A stretch of 23,653 nt of DNA, from the NCBI GenBank assembly GCA_951800155.1, contig CATOJL010000005.1, positions 1-23,653 of the forward strand, read 5' to 3'. Below, piece after piece: positions 14,257 to 22,936 of the stretch (position 1 is the first letter of the stretch; each line of letters begins with the position of its first letter). Under the pieces are notes generated by a model. It had not been told where the DNA came from. It did not search any database and saw only the letters and a list, made by a program, of their open reading frames with translations. The translations under genes and the position numbers were made by a program. This DNA is from an uncultured Bacilli bacterium (GTDB lineage: Bacteria > Bacillota_I > Bacilli_A > RF39 > UBA660).

Positions 14257-15393
14257 ATGAATTTATCAAAATATAAAGTAGAAAAATCATTAATTCTTAC
14301 TATGATACTGTTTTTTATAATCAGTCTTATTTCTATCTATAGTGCAGGAGCCATTGATAGTGCGAATGCAAGCTTATATATAAAGCAACTCATGTGGTAT
14401 ATTTGTGGCACTATTTTAGTATTTTTCATCATGTTTATTGGAAATGACTTTTTTATTAGAAATAGTTTTATTTTTTATATTCTTGGTAATATTTTTCTAT
14501 TATTACTTCTTTTCTTTGCGCGACCAATTAACGATGCCAAATGTTGGTTTGAAATAAAGGGGATTGGGACCATTCAACCTAGTGAATTTATGAAAATTAT
14601 CCTTATTCTTTTTTTAAGTAAACAAATTGAAGATTTTCGAATAAAGTACAACAATCCTACTATACTAGAAGAGTTTCTATTTTTATTAAAAATAATGATT
14701 CTTGTAGCCATTCCTAGCATTCTTACCTTTTTAGAACCAGATACTGGTGTTGTTCTAATTTATTTCCTAATTACCATCATTATGCTTTTTGTTGGGGGCA
14801 TTCGTTTTCGCTGGTTTCTACTCCTAATAATTTTATGTTCTCTAGGCATAGGAACTTTATTATTTATTTACTTTCAAAAACAAGAAATGTTTATTAAACT
14901 GTTTGGAACTAGCTTTTTTCTTCGTGTGGATCGACTGCTTGATTGGTCAAATAAAAGTGGATTTCAATTAGAGCATGGATTATTTTCTATTGGTTCAGCT
15001 GGACTATTTGGACATGGGTTAAAAAAAACACCTCTTTATTTTCCAGAAGCTCATACTGATTTTATTTTTGCTGTATACGCTTCTAATTTTGGACTTCTTG
15101 GTTCCTTATTCCTTCTATGTCTTATTATCTTTTTTGACTTAAAGCTAATCCAAACTGCTTTAAGGGCAAGCAACAACATCTATAAATATATTACGGCTGG
15201 CATTGTAGGAATGCTGATTTACCAACAAATACAGAACATAGGCATGACCTTTGGAGTAATGCCAATTACAGGTATTACCTTACCCTTTATTAGTTATGGT
15301 GGCTCTAGCTTATTAAGCTATATGTTTATGGTGGGCGTACTCTTTAACATTTCCAATCATGTAATTAAATATCGACATAAATATGGAGAATAA
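14257..15393 (+). CDS. SEDS-family peptidoglycan glycosyltransferase (FtsW/RodA/SpoVE)
   Basis: Multi-pass membrane protein with family motifs: IQPSEFMKI, GLFGHGL, PEAHTDFIFAV, PITGITLPFISYGGSSLL. ATG 14257 is preceded by GGTGA at 5 nt. The track start at 14245 is a TTG. Confidence 0.9.
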   Translation: MNLSKYKVEKSLILTMILFFIISLISIYSAGAIDSANASLYIKQLMWYICGTILVFFIMFIGNDFFIRNSFIFYILGNIFLLLLLFFARPINDAKCWFEIKGIGTIQPSEFMKIILILFLSKQIEDFRIKYNNPTILEEFLFLLKIMILVAIPSILTFLEPDTGVVLIYFLITIIMLFVGGIRFRWFLLLIILCSLGIGTLLFIYFQKQEMFIKLFGTSFFLRVDRLLDWSNKSGFQLEHGLFSIGSAGLFGHGLKKTPLYFPEAHTDFIFAVYASNFGLLGSLFLLCLIIFFDLKLIQTALRASNNIYKYITAGIVGMLIYQQIQNIGMTFGVMPITGITLPFISYGGSSLLSYMFMVGVLFNISNHVIKYRHKYGE

Positions 15394-15397
15394 AAGA

Positions 15398-15425
15398 GGC
15401 TGTCATGAAATGAAATAATTTCATA
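15398..15425. repeat. IS left terminal inverted repeat
   Basis: GGCTGTCATGAAATGAAATAATTTCATA is the exact reverse complement of 17046-17073. Confidence 0.85.
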
Positions 15426-15517
15426 TAGCTTCTTTTTTAGTTAAACAAAAATAAAAAAAGCACTAGAAAGTAAATTCCTAATGCAGTTTTGTGATACAAT
15501 CAAATTGCTGAAAGAAG

Positions 15518-17050
15518 ATGTATCACATGGAATATTTTACTACAAATAGATTCCTTTTTCTAGTGTCCTCAAAGAAATGTCTTGAGGAATATGAAAAAAT
15601 AGATAAATTTATAGGAATTTTAAATAAAAGTAATATAGGAAATTTGATTGAAAAGAAAATTAAGTGTAATGGTCGAACAGGATATAACCCATATGATTTA
15701 GTTGCCACAATAGTATATTGTTTCTCACAATTCAAAAGCAGTTTAAGAGAAATAGAAAAATTATGTACATTTGATTTAAGAATTATTTACTTAATGAAAC
15801 AGAAACAACCAAGTTATAACGCTATTTGTGAATGTATTAATAGATATATTTTACCTTATCAATATGAAATCTTTACTATGATAACGAAAGCAATTATCCA
15901 AGAATTTCATTTAGATATAAGCAACCAATATTTAGATGGTACTAAGATAGAAGCAAATGCAAATAAATATAAATTTGTATGGAAACCAACTACTTTTCAC
16001 AAAAGATTAGATATTAAAATAAAAAAATTATTACTATTAATGAAAATAGAAATTAATTCAATTCCTTCTGGCAAAGGAAAACGATTAACTAAAGCTCAAA
16101 AAAATTATAAATTGGCATATCAATATTTAATTAAATTATTAGAATATGAAGAAAAAGAATGTATTTGTGGTGAGAATAGAAATTCTTATTTTAAAACAGA
16201 TGAAGATGCTACTGTAATGGTATTAAAGGAAGATTATTATTCAAAATTAAGCCATGATTTTCATGCTGGATATAATATTCAAGTTTTAGTATCCAGTGGA
16301 TTAATAACGATGTATGGATTATTTCAAGATAGAAGTGATCATTATACTTTTATTCCTATGAATAATTTATACTTTAAATACTATAATAAGTATCCTAAGA
16401 ATGAATGTGCTGATTCAAGATATGGAATATACATAAATTATAAATATATGAGAAGACACAATATAGGGAATTATGTAAAATTTCAATCTTGGTCAGGAGA
16501 AGCAGATGGAAAACGTCCTCAATTTTTTTATACATTTCCTAATGGTGTCCCATGCCTGAACACTTGTATTGGTGAAGAAGTATCATTTGACAATAATCAT
16601 CATCAAAGAAATCAAGGTGGAAAACTATATAAATTTATTGGTTGTAATAGTTGTAATTATTCATATTTATGTAAGAAAAATTTAAAAAACAAAGATTTAG
16701 ATTACAGACTATATGAATTGATACCTGACTATGAATTATTAAAAGAACAAGCACGAGAGAATTTACTTAGTCCAAAAGGAATAGAAATAAGGATTAATAG
16801 AAGTATTCAAGTAGAAGGGACTTTTGGACAAATTAAACAAAATATGAATTATGAACGAATAAGAAGACGTGGTTTAGAAAGAGTATCCTGTGAAATTATG
16901 CTCATGTGTTTAGGAAGAAATGTCAGAAAATTTTTTACATTATTAAATACAGATAATATAAAAAGTAATTATTGGGAAAAATCGTCAAATTTAAAAAAAG
17001 AAAAGTTTCCTTTTCCTAAACAAAAAACTCCAAAGAAAAAAGCTGTATGA
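15518..17050 (+). CDS. IS1182-family DDE transposase
   Basis: N-terminal GRTGYNPYDLVATIVYCFSQFKSSLREIEKLC (InsH-type N domain). YLDGTKIEANANKYKFVW (first D), KTDEDATVMV...AGYNIQVLV (second D), and the C-terminal EGTFGQIKQNMNYERIRRRGLERV...LGRNVRKF block. The usual ADAGYG reads ADSRYG, so activity is unproven. Confidence 0.85.
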   Translation: MYHMEYFTTNRFLFLVSSKKCLEEYEKIDKFIGILNKSNIGNLIEKKIKCNGRTGYNPYDLVATIVYCFSQFKSSLREIEKLCTFDLRIIYLMKQKQPSYNAICECINRYILPYQYEIFTMITKAIIQEFHLDISNQYLDGTKIEANANKYKFVWKPTTFHKRLDIKIKKLLLLMKIEINSIPSGKGKRLTKAQKNYKLAYQYLIKLLEYEEKECICGENRNSYFKTDEDATVMVLKEDYYSKLSHDFHAGYNIQVLVSSGLITMYGLFQDRSDHYTFIPMNNLYFKYYNKYPKNECADSRYGIYINYKYMRRHNIGNYVKFQSWSGEADGKRPQFFYTFPNGVPCLNTCIGEEVSFDNNHHQRNQGGKLYKFIGCNSCNYSYLCKKNLKNKDLDYRLYELIPDYELLKEQARENLLSPKGIEIRINRSIQVEGTFGQIKQNMNYERIRRRGLERVSCEIMLMCLGRNVRKFFTLLNTDNIKSNYWEKSSNLKKEKFPFPKQKTPKKKAV

Positions 17051-17073
17051 AATTATTTCATTTCATGACAGCC
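17046..17073. repeat. IS right terminal inverted repeat
   Basis: TATGAAATTATTTCATTTCATGACAGCC. It overlaps the transposase stop codon (17048-17050). Confidence 0.85.
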
Positions 17074-17342
17074 CCTTTTGTTTGTAGGCAAATCCATTCC
17101 TAATTTAAACACTCTGTCCTAGTTTGCACGTGATAATTAGCTTTTATATACATATTAAATTTATTATTTTATCAAGTATAAACTAGAGCAGAACTCTTTT
17201 TAAATTCAAAATTTCCATTATGCACTAAAGTTGCTACACGCCAAAATGTAGCAAAAGAAAATCGCATTTCTGCGAAGATTTTATTACAGATTTTGGGAAT
17301 CTGTAACATCTATTTCTCTTTGTAAAACAAAGGCAAAATCAT

Positions 17343-17370
17343 TTACTTATAGTCCAAAAAATAGTATAAT
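17343..17370 (+). promoter_or_regulatory. Sigma-70-like promoter candidate
   Basis: TTACTT (17343-17348), a 16-nt spacer, then TATAAT (17365-17370). Confidence 0.4.
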
Positions 17371-17427
17371 GAATATAGAGATACGTAATAACTGTTAAGC
17401 GTTCCTCATGAATGTGAGGTGATGTCT

Positions 17428-17541
17428 ATGCGGAAAGGAATTTATGGAATATTTAGTAATGTTAGTTATTCTAATTTTGCTCTTAGACCTAAGACCCAAA
17501 AACAAAGACTAAAAAGAAAACGCTTGGCAACTTTGTCATAG
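17428..17541 (+). CDS. Candidate small basic peptide (37 aa, or 39 aa from ATG 17422)
   Basis: MRKGIYGIFSNVSYSNFALRPKTQKQRLKRKRLATLS. GAGGTG (17416-17421) lies 6 nt upstream of ATG 17428. That SD can pair within the hairpin CCTCA-TGAATG-TGAGG (17404-17419). The ORF is followed by the stem GAAAACGCT/AGCGTTTTC (17517-17525 / 17541-17549). There is no homology evidence. Confidence 0.2.
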   Translation: MRKGIYGIFSNVSYSNFALRPKTQKQRLKRKRLATLS

Positions 17542-17667
17542 CGTTTTCTATATCAATTTGATAAGGACAACGCTTAACCAACCAAAGTTATACGTGTCTC
17601 TTTTATTGTATGGAATTTCTTCCATCTATATACATTATACTAAATTTTTTTTGTTTGTGCAAGTTAC

Positions 17668-18009
17668 TTATTTTATCTTTACAGGTTCTAAATTTTCAGC
17701 TAAACGTTTTTTAAATTTCTTATATATGCATTTTTGTTGTACTTTTTTAGACGCTAGAATATAAAGCTCTTTTATGTTTTTGTCTCTACCATCACTATCT
17801 GAAAAATTAAATGCTTCTATTATTTCCTCTGGCGTAAATGTTTTATCGCAATCTTGACCTAAAATTCGATCAACCATAACGTAATCTCCACGGTTCATTT
17901 CATTCACCAAACTACATAATTGACTTGATTCTAGAAATGCTGAGTTAAAAAGAATTTGCTTTTGAAAATCTATATCAAAAAGCATATACAAAAAAAGATG
18001 CTTGTTCAT
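17668..18009 (-). CDS. Hypothetical protein (113 aa) downstream of the prepilin-type gene
   Basis: Open frame starting 15 nt after the 18025 stop on the same strand. No recognisable motifs. Confidence 0.5.
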   Translation of the reverse strand: MNKHLFLYMLFDIDFQKQILFNSAFLESSQLCSLVNEMNRGDYVMVDRILGQDCDKTFTPEEIIEAFNFSDSDGRDKNIKELYILASKKVQQKCIYKKFKKRLAENLEPVKIK

Positions 18010-18024
18010 CTTTTCTTAAAAACT

Positions 18025-19656
18025 TTATTTAATGGTTATAACAGGTCTAAATCCTATCCCCAAACTTGCATTCCCATTCGTTCTATCATACGCATATAAT
18101 CCACTTGCTGTATTTCCTGAATAGCTTCCTCCACGAATCATATATTTATTGGTAGCATCTACCATATTATGCTTATCATCATACTTGCCAAATAAGGCCC
18201 CGCCAATACAGTTAGCCTCTGTATTTAAACATACTTTATTTTGGTAATAATCCACATATTTATTGTCCACAGCTATTCCATTTAAAGTTAAAGAGGTTCC
18301 ATTATAACCCATAACAAATTCTTCCAGTCCGCCAGACATATCATAAATACCTGTAATATTTCCAGAAGTTGTCCCTTTTATAGATGCATCACTTGCATAG
18401 TGATTCCGACAATCCGTTGTAACACTTCCACCTGCATTCCCAGAAGTACATCCTGTTACTGTACCTTTGTTATAATAATTATTAAGCCATATTTCTTCTT
18501 TTTTTCCATAATTAGAGTCTGTTAAATAAGCCACTGCCCCCCACTCAACATTTTTCATAAGATGTGTATCTACCTGCGTACTATTTAAGCCGAAAGAACG
18601 AGTAGATGTAGCCATATTTTTTGCTACAGTAAAGGCATTCGCAAGCGATATTCCAGACCAAGAATTTCTACCGGGTACTGTTACTAAATCAATGTGTGTC
18701 TTATTACAACTTGCTATGTCTGGTGTTTGGAAGCAACTTGTATTAATAGGAGCACTTGCTTCAAATTTTGCCACCCACATTCCCTCTAACTGCTTTCCAC
18801 CAAACTGAAAGGCTGGATGAATTTTATATCCACTTGATGGAGATGTTTTTGTTGTTTTAATAAAGTTAATAGCAAAATTTGTCCCTTCTTGTTTATATTC
18901 ATATCTAGGGATCCATACATACATTCCTGTCACATCATCTAAACTGATTCTTGTACCCGGAACTGCTCTTTGATAATAAGATCTGGCATGCTTTCCATTC
19001 GAATCTAAGCAAACAGAACCTTGTCTAGATTCACAATCAGATTTTTCTTTCGAAAACGTCACCGCATTCGCCCATTTCTTTTCTCCATAATTGTACCAAG
19101 CAGTTGTCTTATCCGCTATAACCCAATATCCTTTATCCTCTCGATATACAACTGGAACAAGTCCATCTACCAAAACAGGATAAATCCCTTCCTGTAAACT
19201 ATCATCTTTATAGGTTGGCTTTGGTGGAGCATTCACATCTGTTGCATTTCTACAATCGGTATCTTCAGACAATACATATTCAAATTCATTAAATTCATTC
19301 GTAGTTGCATAAATAATTCGCTTTAAAAAATTTTTCTTTTCTTCTTCTGTTTTGCCATAATCAATGTAATCCTGTAACTTTTCTTCCTCAACTTTTCCCG
19401 CATCAATTAGCTCTTTAATCGTGATACAATAACTTGATTTTTCCTCAGGACCAATATACAACTTCTGATATGTATTTGTATCCCCACTCGTATAACTATC
19501 CGCTGCATCATATAACATTTGCTTAGCTGTATCACTTATCGTTCCCCTTTTAGATGCTGTTAAATTTTGAATTTGAGGAAGAGCAACAATGATCACTAAT
19601 CCCATGATTATAACGACTGCTAACATTTCTACTAAAGTAAATCCACGTTTTCTCAT
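18025..19656 (-). CDS. Prepilin-type (type IV pilin / pseudopilin-like) protein with a large C-terminal FGE/lectin-like domain
   Basis: N-terminal class III signal MRKRGFTLVEMLAVVIIMGLVIIVALPQ (G/FTLxE cleavage-methylation motif). The C-terminal part has VWIPRYEY, HPAF, GMWVAKFEAS, NVEWGAVAYL and RGGSYSG, and ends in GIGFRPVITIK, as in sulfatase-modifying-factor/C-type-lectin-like folds. AGAGGGA lies upstream of the ATG. Confidence 0.8.
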   Translation of the reverse strand: MRKRGFTLVEMLAVVIIMGLVIIVALPQIQNLTASKRGTISDTAKQMLYDAADSYTSGDTNTYQKLYIGPEEKSSYCITIKELIDAGKVEEEKLQDYIDYGKTEEEKKNFLKRIIYATTNEFNEFEYVLSEDTDCRNATDVNAPPKPTYKDDSLQEGIYPVLVDGLVPVVYREDKGYWVIADKTTAWYNYGEKKWANAVTFSKEKSDCESRQGSVCLDSNGKHARSYYQRAVPGTRISLDDVTGMYVWIPRYEYKQEGTNFAINFIKTTKTSPSSGYKIHPAFQFGGKQLEGMWVAKFEASAPINTSCFQTPDIASCNKTHIDLVTVPGRNSWSGISLANAFTVAKNMATSTRSFGLNSTQVDTHLMKNVEWGAVAYLTDSNYGKKEEIWLNNYYNKGTVTGCTSGNAGGSVTTDCRNHYASDASIKGTTSGNITGIYDMSGGLEEFVMGYNGTSLTLNGIAVDNKYVDYYQNKVCLNTEANCIGGALFGKYDDKHNMVDATNKYMIRGGSYSGNTASGLYAYDRTNGNASLGIGFRPVITIK

Positions 19657-19696
19657 ACTTGTCCCTCTATTCTTATATTTATTATATCTTTGAAAG

Positions 19697-19723
19697 CAAA
19701 AAAATGCAACAATTAAGCTGCAT
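19697..19723 (-). terminator. Rho-independent terminator after rpmF
   Basis: On the minus RNA: stem AUGCAGC/GUUGCAU (7 bp, one G-U) with a 6-nt loop, followed by a run of 6-7 U (plus-strand A-run 19698-19703). The stop codon lies in the loop. Confidence 0.6.
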
Positions 19724-19919
19724 CTTCTTGTTTAATAATTTCTTTTCCTTTGTATGTTCCACATTCTTTACAAACTCTATGTGGTTTTACAGTAGCGCCA
19801 CACTTTGGACAAGTAGTCGTTGTATTTTCAGAAATCTTATAATGTGTACGACGTTTTCTTCCTCTTGTTTTACTTACTTTTCTAAATGGAACTGCAAATA
19901 ACTGTAATTCTAATCTCAT
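19713..19919 (-). CDS. rpmF: 50S ribosomal protein L32
   Basis: [18 protein letters not shown] plus the zinc-ribbon CPKCG...CKECG. GAGGT lies 7 nt upstream of ATG 19919. The N-terminus carries about 7 extra residues relative to the usual MAVPK start. Confidence 0.9.
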   Translation of the reverse strand: MRLELQLFAVPFRKVSKTRGRKRRTHYKISENTTTTCPKCGATVKPHRVCKECGTYKGKEIIKQEDAA

Positions 19920-19934
19920 CTTCTCTACCTCGCT

Positions 19935-20414
19935 TTACTTTAATAAATCATTTAATTTTTCAAAAGGGGAATTCCTTTCTGTTTCACCATCTGTTATCAG
20001 TTTCCATCCATCACCTTCTAGATGGATATCCTTTGCTTTTTCACTCACAACTTTCATGGGAATTTCCATTAGTATATTTTCCCATATAATTGGTAAAATA
20101 TCAATAGAATTTTCATAATTTCTATATTTTTTTTGTCCCTTTTCGATTTGTTCATCTAAATCTGTATCAATTGTAATTGAAAAAGGATAATCGACTTCTT
20201 CTAAAGTAATTGCACAAGAAAGCACCATAATACCTGAAACTGTAGCATCTATATGATAAGTATCATATTGCATAGTAATGATTCCTGTTGCTTGTATATC
20301 TTTTAAATCAGATAACTCTGTTCCTGCCAATTCATCTTTACTAAATGTATGGGTTTGGGCAAATGTGACAGAATTTTCATATCCACTTTTTAATTTCGTA
20401 ATATCAATCTGCAT
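19935..20414 (-). CDS. yceD: YceD/DUF177-family protein (large-subunit rRNA accumulation protein)
   Basis: Conserved position directly upstream of rpmF, about 160 aa, acidic, with a family-like N-terminus (IDITKLK...F...F) and C-terminal SPFEKLNDLL. Confidence 0.8.
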   Translation of the reverse strand: MQIDITKLKSGYENSVTFAQTHTFSKDELAGTELSDLKDIQATGIITMQYDTYHIDATVSGIMVLSCAITLEEVDYPFSITIDTDLDEQIEKGQKKYRNYENSIDILPIIWENILMEIPMKVVSEKAKDIHLEGDGWKLITDGETERNSPFEKLNDLLK

Positions 20415-20470
20415 AAAATCCCTCCGCTAGTATTATAACAAAAAAGAAGGATTGTATCAAATTTTCTTTA

Positions 20471-21157
20471 TTAACGTATACTTTTAACAAGCAAAAGAAG
20501 AATTAAAAAGGATATAACTAGAAAGGCAATTCCTGCTCCATATTTTATTTTCAAATTTCGTCTACAAATTTCTTCTCTACTTATATCATCATAAGGATGT
20601 ATGAGAAGATCCATTTCTTTTAATTTAAACTCTGCTCGTTTCTTTTGAACTAAAAATTTGGCTTCTTCTAATAGAGAATCAATACTTTTCTTAGGTTTTG
20701 CTGTTCGACTATCTAAAGAAGTATAGGTTTTTTCACTAGAGGATGGTGCGTTTTGGTACAATCTACTTAAACGGCTTGTAGTCGTAATTGTGGAAATCAA
20801 TTCTTTAATCTCCCTGTCTTCTTTAGCTGTAATTCCTCTTGGATATCTTGTTTGTTCTAAGTGTTGTGAAGTTGTTTCATTCATTGTTTTTAGCATATGA
20901 TATACCGCATCATCATCATCTATAAATGTTCTCTGTTCTACTTTAGGATAATACTTCTTTTCTCGCTCTTGGTATTTATAATCATCATAGCTTTTAAAAA
21001 GACGCTCAATTCTTGTTGTAGCCAATGCTTCTTCTTTATCGATATCTCTACTCGTTGTTAATAAGTCATCCATTTGTCGGTATAATAGTGAATTTTTCTC
21101 GCTACGCTTGATTGTTTTTTCTTTTTCACTATAATACCTTTCCATCCTACTAGCCAT
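20471..21157 (-). CDS. Hypothetical C-terminally membrane-anchored protein
   Basis: Charged, coiled-coil-like body with a single C-terminal TM helix (GAGIAFLVISFLILLLLV). ATG 21157 (MASRMERYY) is preceded by AGGTGG. Confidence 0.55.
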   Translation of the reverse strand: MASRMERYYSEKEKTIKRSEKNSLLYRQMDDLLTTSRDIDKEEALATTRIERLFKSYDDYKYQEREKKYYPKVEQRTFIDDDDAVYHMLKTMNETTSQHLEQTRYPRGITAKEDREIKELISTITTTSRLSRLYQNAPSSSEKTYTSLDSRTAKPKKSIDSLLEEAKFLVQKKRAEFKLKEMDLLIHPYDDISREEICRRNLKIKYGAGIAFLVISFLILLLLVKSIR

Positions 21158-21384
21158 AGCACCACCTAGATAAATCATACCACAATTTTATCAATTTAAA
21201 CCAATTTCTTTCGTTTTCTGCCTTTTATGAATAGGAGAGTAACCGCATAAATAACTAAATTCCTATTAAAATGGATAGCTTCTTCTATGTTTACATTTAT
21301 TTACACTAATATATTAATATATTTACATTTATTTGTCCACTTTAATCAAAAATGTGCTATTGTAGTAATAAGAGGAGTGGTAGT

Positions 21385-22071
21385 ATGTTTGAAAATAGTA
21401 TACTCGTATTTATAGCAATAATCCCTATTACTATTTTATTGAAGTATATATTTGAAAAAGATAAAATTGAAAAAGAACCTTTTCCGCTATTGATTAAATT
21501 ATTTTTAGCCGGCATCTTTTCAGCAGCTCTTGTACTTCTTCTAACAAAAAGTTTAAACCTCATTCTTCCTATACATAATGGGGTATATAATTCTTTTATT
21601 GAAGTTGGCTTTTTAGAAGAAATATCAAAATGGATCTGTGTTTATTTAATTACTTGGAAAAATAAAGAATTTGATTATAAATTTGATGCTATAGTCTACT
21701 GTATTTTTGTATCTTTAGGATTCGCACTTATTGAAAATATAGGCTATTCGATTACTTATGGGATTACCACATGTCTTCTTAGAGCTGTTATATCAGTTCC
21801 AGGGCATGCTTTCTTCGCTATCTATATGGGTTATTATCTTGGAATGGCAAAAATGGCTTATACAAATTATGAAAACAGTACAGGCTCAACTTATACCATC
21901 TACAGCATTTTGATTCCCACATTCCTACATGGTATTTTCAATTATTGCCTTTTAGGTGAAAATGATGGATTCTATATCTTCTTTATCTTATTTGTTATTT
22001 CTTTATATATTCTTTCTTTTAAAACAGTAAATACATCTTCAAATACAGATATGGCATTTGATACTAAATAG
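21385..22071 (+). CDS. PrsW-family intramembrane metalloprotease
   Basis: Multi-pass membrane protein with GFLEEISKW (EExxK), ALIENIGY, PGHAFFAIYMGYY and HGIFN motifs. ATG 21385 is preceded by AGAGGAG at 7 nt. Confidence 0.8.
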   Translation: MFENSILVFIAIIPITILLKYIFEKDKIEKEPFPLLIKLFLAGIFSAALVLLLTKSLNLILPIHNGVYNSFIEVGFLEEISKWICVYLITWKNKEFDYKFDAIVYCIFVSLGFALIENIGYSITYGITTCLLRAVISVPGHAFFAIYMGYYLGMAKMAYTNYENSTGSTYTIYSILIPTFLHGIFNYCLLGENDGFYIFFILFVISLYILSFKTVNTSSNTDMAFDTK

Positions 22072-22282
22072 GAATTTTCTATTATTTTTATAAATATTTT
22101 TCTTTTCTACATAGTTTGTTTAAAACGAAAAAAAATAGGAACAATATTATCTTAAGATTTAGAAATTATTAGCTACATCCCATTATCATCAAGATAATGA
22201 AACTCAATTAAAATATAGAATCTTTTATATAAGGGAAAATAATTGTTCAAGATTATATAATTAAAATTCTTTAAAAAGAGTA

Positions 22283-22312
22283 AAAAGGAGGGAAATTTTT
22301 CCTTCCTTTTTT
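22283..22312. terminator. Bidirectional terminator-like hairpin
   Basis: GC core stem GGAGGGAA/TTCCTTCC (22287-22294 / 22299-22306, one G-T) with a 4-nt loop. A-run/T-run pairing extends the stem. T-tracts follow it on both strands. Confidence 0.55.
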
Positions 22313-22460
22313 CATTTCAAAATTGAATATCAAATCTTATTTTTTAACTTTATGACACTATGAAAGAAATTGTAACAAGTATAGAAAAGATTCCTTCAAA
22401 ATGATTAGTTTCCTATTAAACAAGTTAAATCATATTGATTTTAAACAAATCACTTTTCTA

Positions 22461-22820
22461 CTACTCATAAGCGAGTACACCTGATAGATAGAATTCCTGT
22501 GCACGTGTCTGTACTGAACATATACCACTAGTAGTCCCACTATAGTAAAGACTCATTCGAAAGCTTAACTTATTTCCATTAACACGACAGTTTCCCACTG
22601 TATCTGTATAATCATTGACAGAATCTGAATTGGATGTATAGTAATCGTTTGGAATATTCATTGTATACCAATATCCAGAAGAATTCGAAAATCTAAAATC
22701 TGCATCCCAACGATTTTGATTTGATGATGTATAATTTCCAGATAGATTTACATAGCAAGACTCAATCTTTTTAGGTGTAATTGGTAAGTTGCTTGTAAAA
22801 GCAGTATACTTTTTACCTTC
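22461..22820 (-). pseudogene. Truncated paralogue (C-terminal ~120 codons) of the tail-fibre-like gene at 22937-23653
   Basis: The frame is open from the stop at 22821-22823 down to 22461. My hand translation is EGKKYTAFTSNLPITPKKIESCYVNLSGNYTSSNQNRWDADFRF...QTRAQEFYLSGVLAYE. It aligns with GKTADFSVTLPFTPTKLIGCHLVLSGNYATSSSTRWDANFRE...RTRADEFYLTGIIVYE. There is no N-terminal part and no SD. The only ATG is internal (22661). Confidence 0.6.
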
Positions 22821-22857
22821 TTAAGTTAATGACATTGGAAGTTTTTATTTTTAATTC

Positions 22858-22902
22858 TAAATCTAATACAAAATTTCTATTTCTAGTTTTGGATTAGATT
22901 TA
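22858..22902. repeat. AT-rich 16-bp inverted repeat between the two paralogous cassettes
   Basis: TAAATCTAATACAAAA (22858-22873) / TTTTGGATTAGATTTA (22887-22902), one mismatch, 13-nt loop. No flanking U-tract on either strand. Confidence 0.5.
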
Positions 22903-22936
22903 ATATAATCCTCTAATGTATAGCAAATGATAATCA

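Larger units (their letters stand above)
15392..17079 (+). mobile_element. IS1182-family insertion sequence (about 1.69 kb)
   Basis: A single transposase ORF is flanked by terminal inverted repeats. These are 28 bp perfect (15398-15425 / 17046-17073), extendable to 34 bp with one mismatch (15392-15425 / 17046-17079). No flanking direct repeat was recognised. Confidence 0.85.

Noticed and set aside
15392-15425. Hairpin-capable sequence right after the SEDS gene stop, read as a simple terminator.
   Set aside because: Its exact reverse complement recurs at 17046-17079, flanking a transposase gene, so it is better explained as an IS terminal inverted repeat. A terminator-like role is retained only as a hypothesis in the findings.
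18025-18140. The C-terminus of the prepilin-type protein as a second VR of this DGR.
   Set aside because: Direct comparison of its 3' coding sequence with the TR (13251-13332) shows no colinear similarity, and the clamp sequences TGCGCGCGCGGTT / CGCCCCG are absent.
19898-19919. Seven extra N-terminal residues on L32 (MRLELQLF before AVPFRK) as a mis-called start or a leader.
   Set aside because: ATG 19919 has a well-spaced GAGGT, and no alternative start codon exists immediately before AVPF. This is probably a lineage-specific short extension, and I do not consider it significant.
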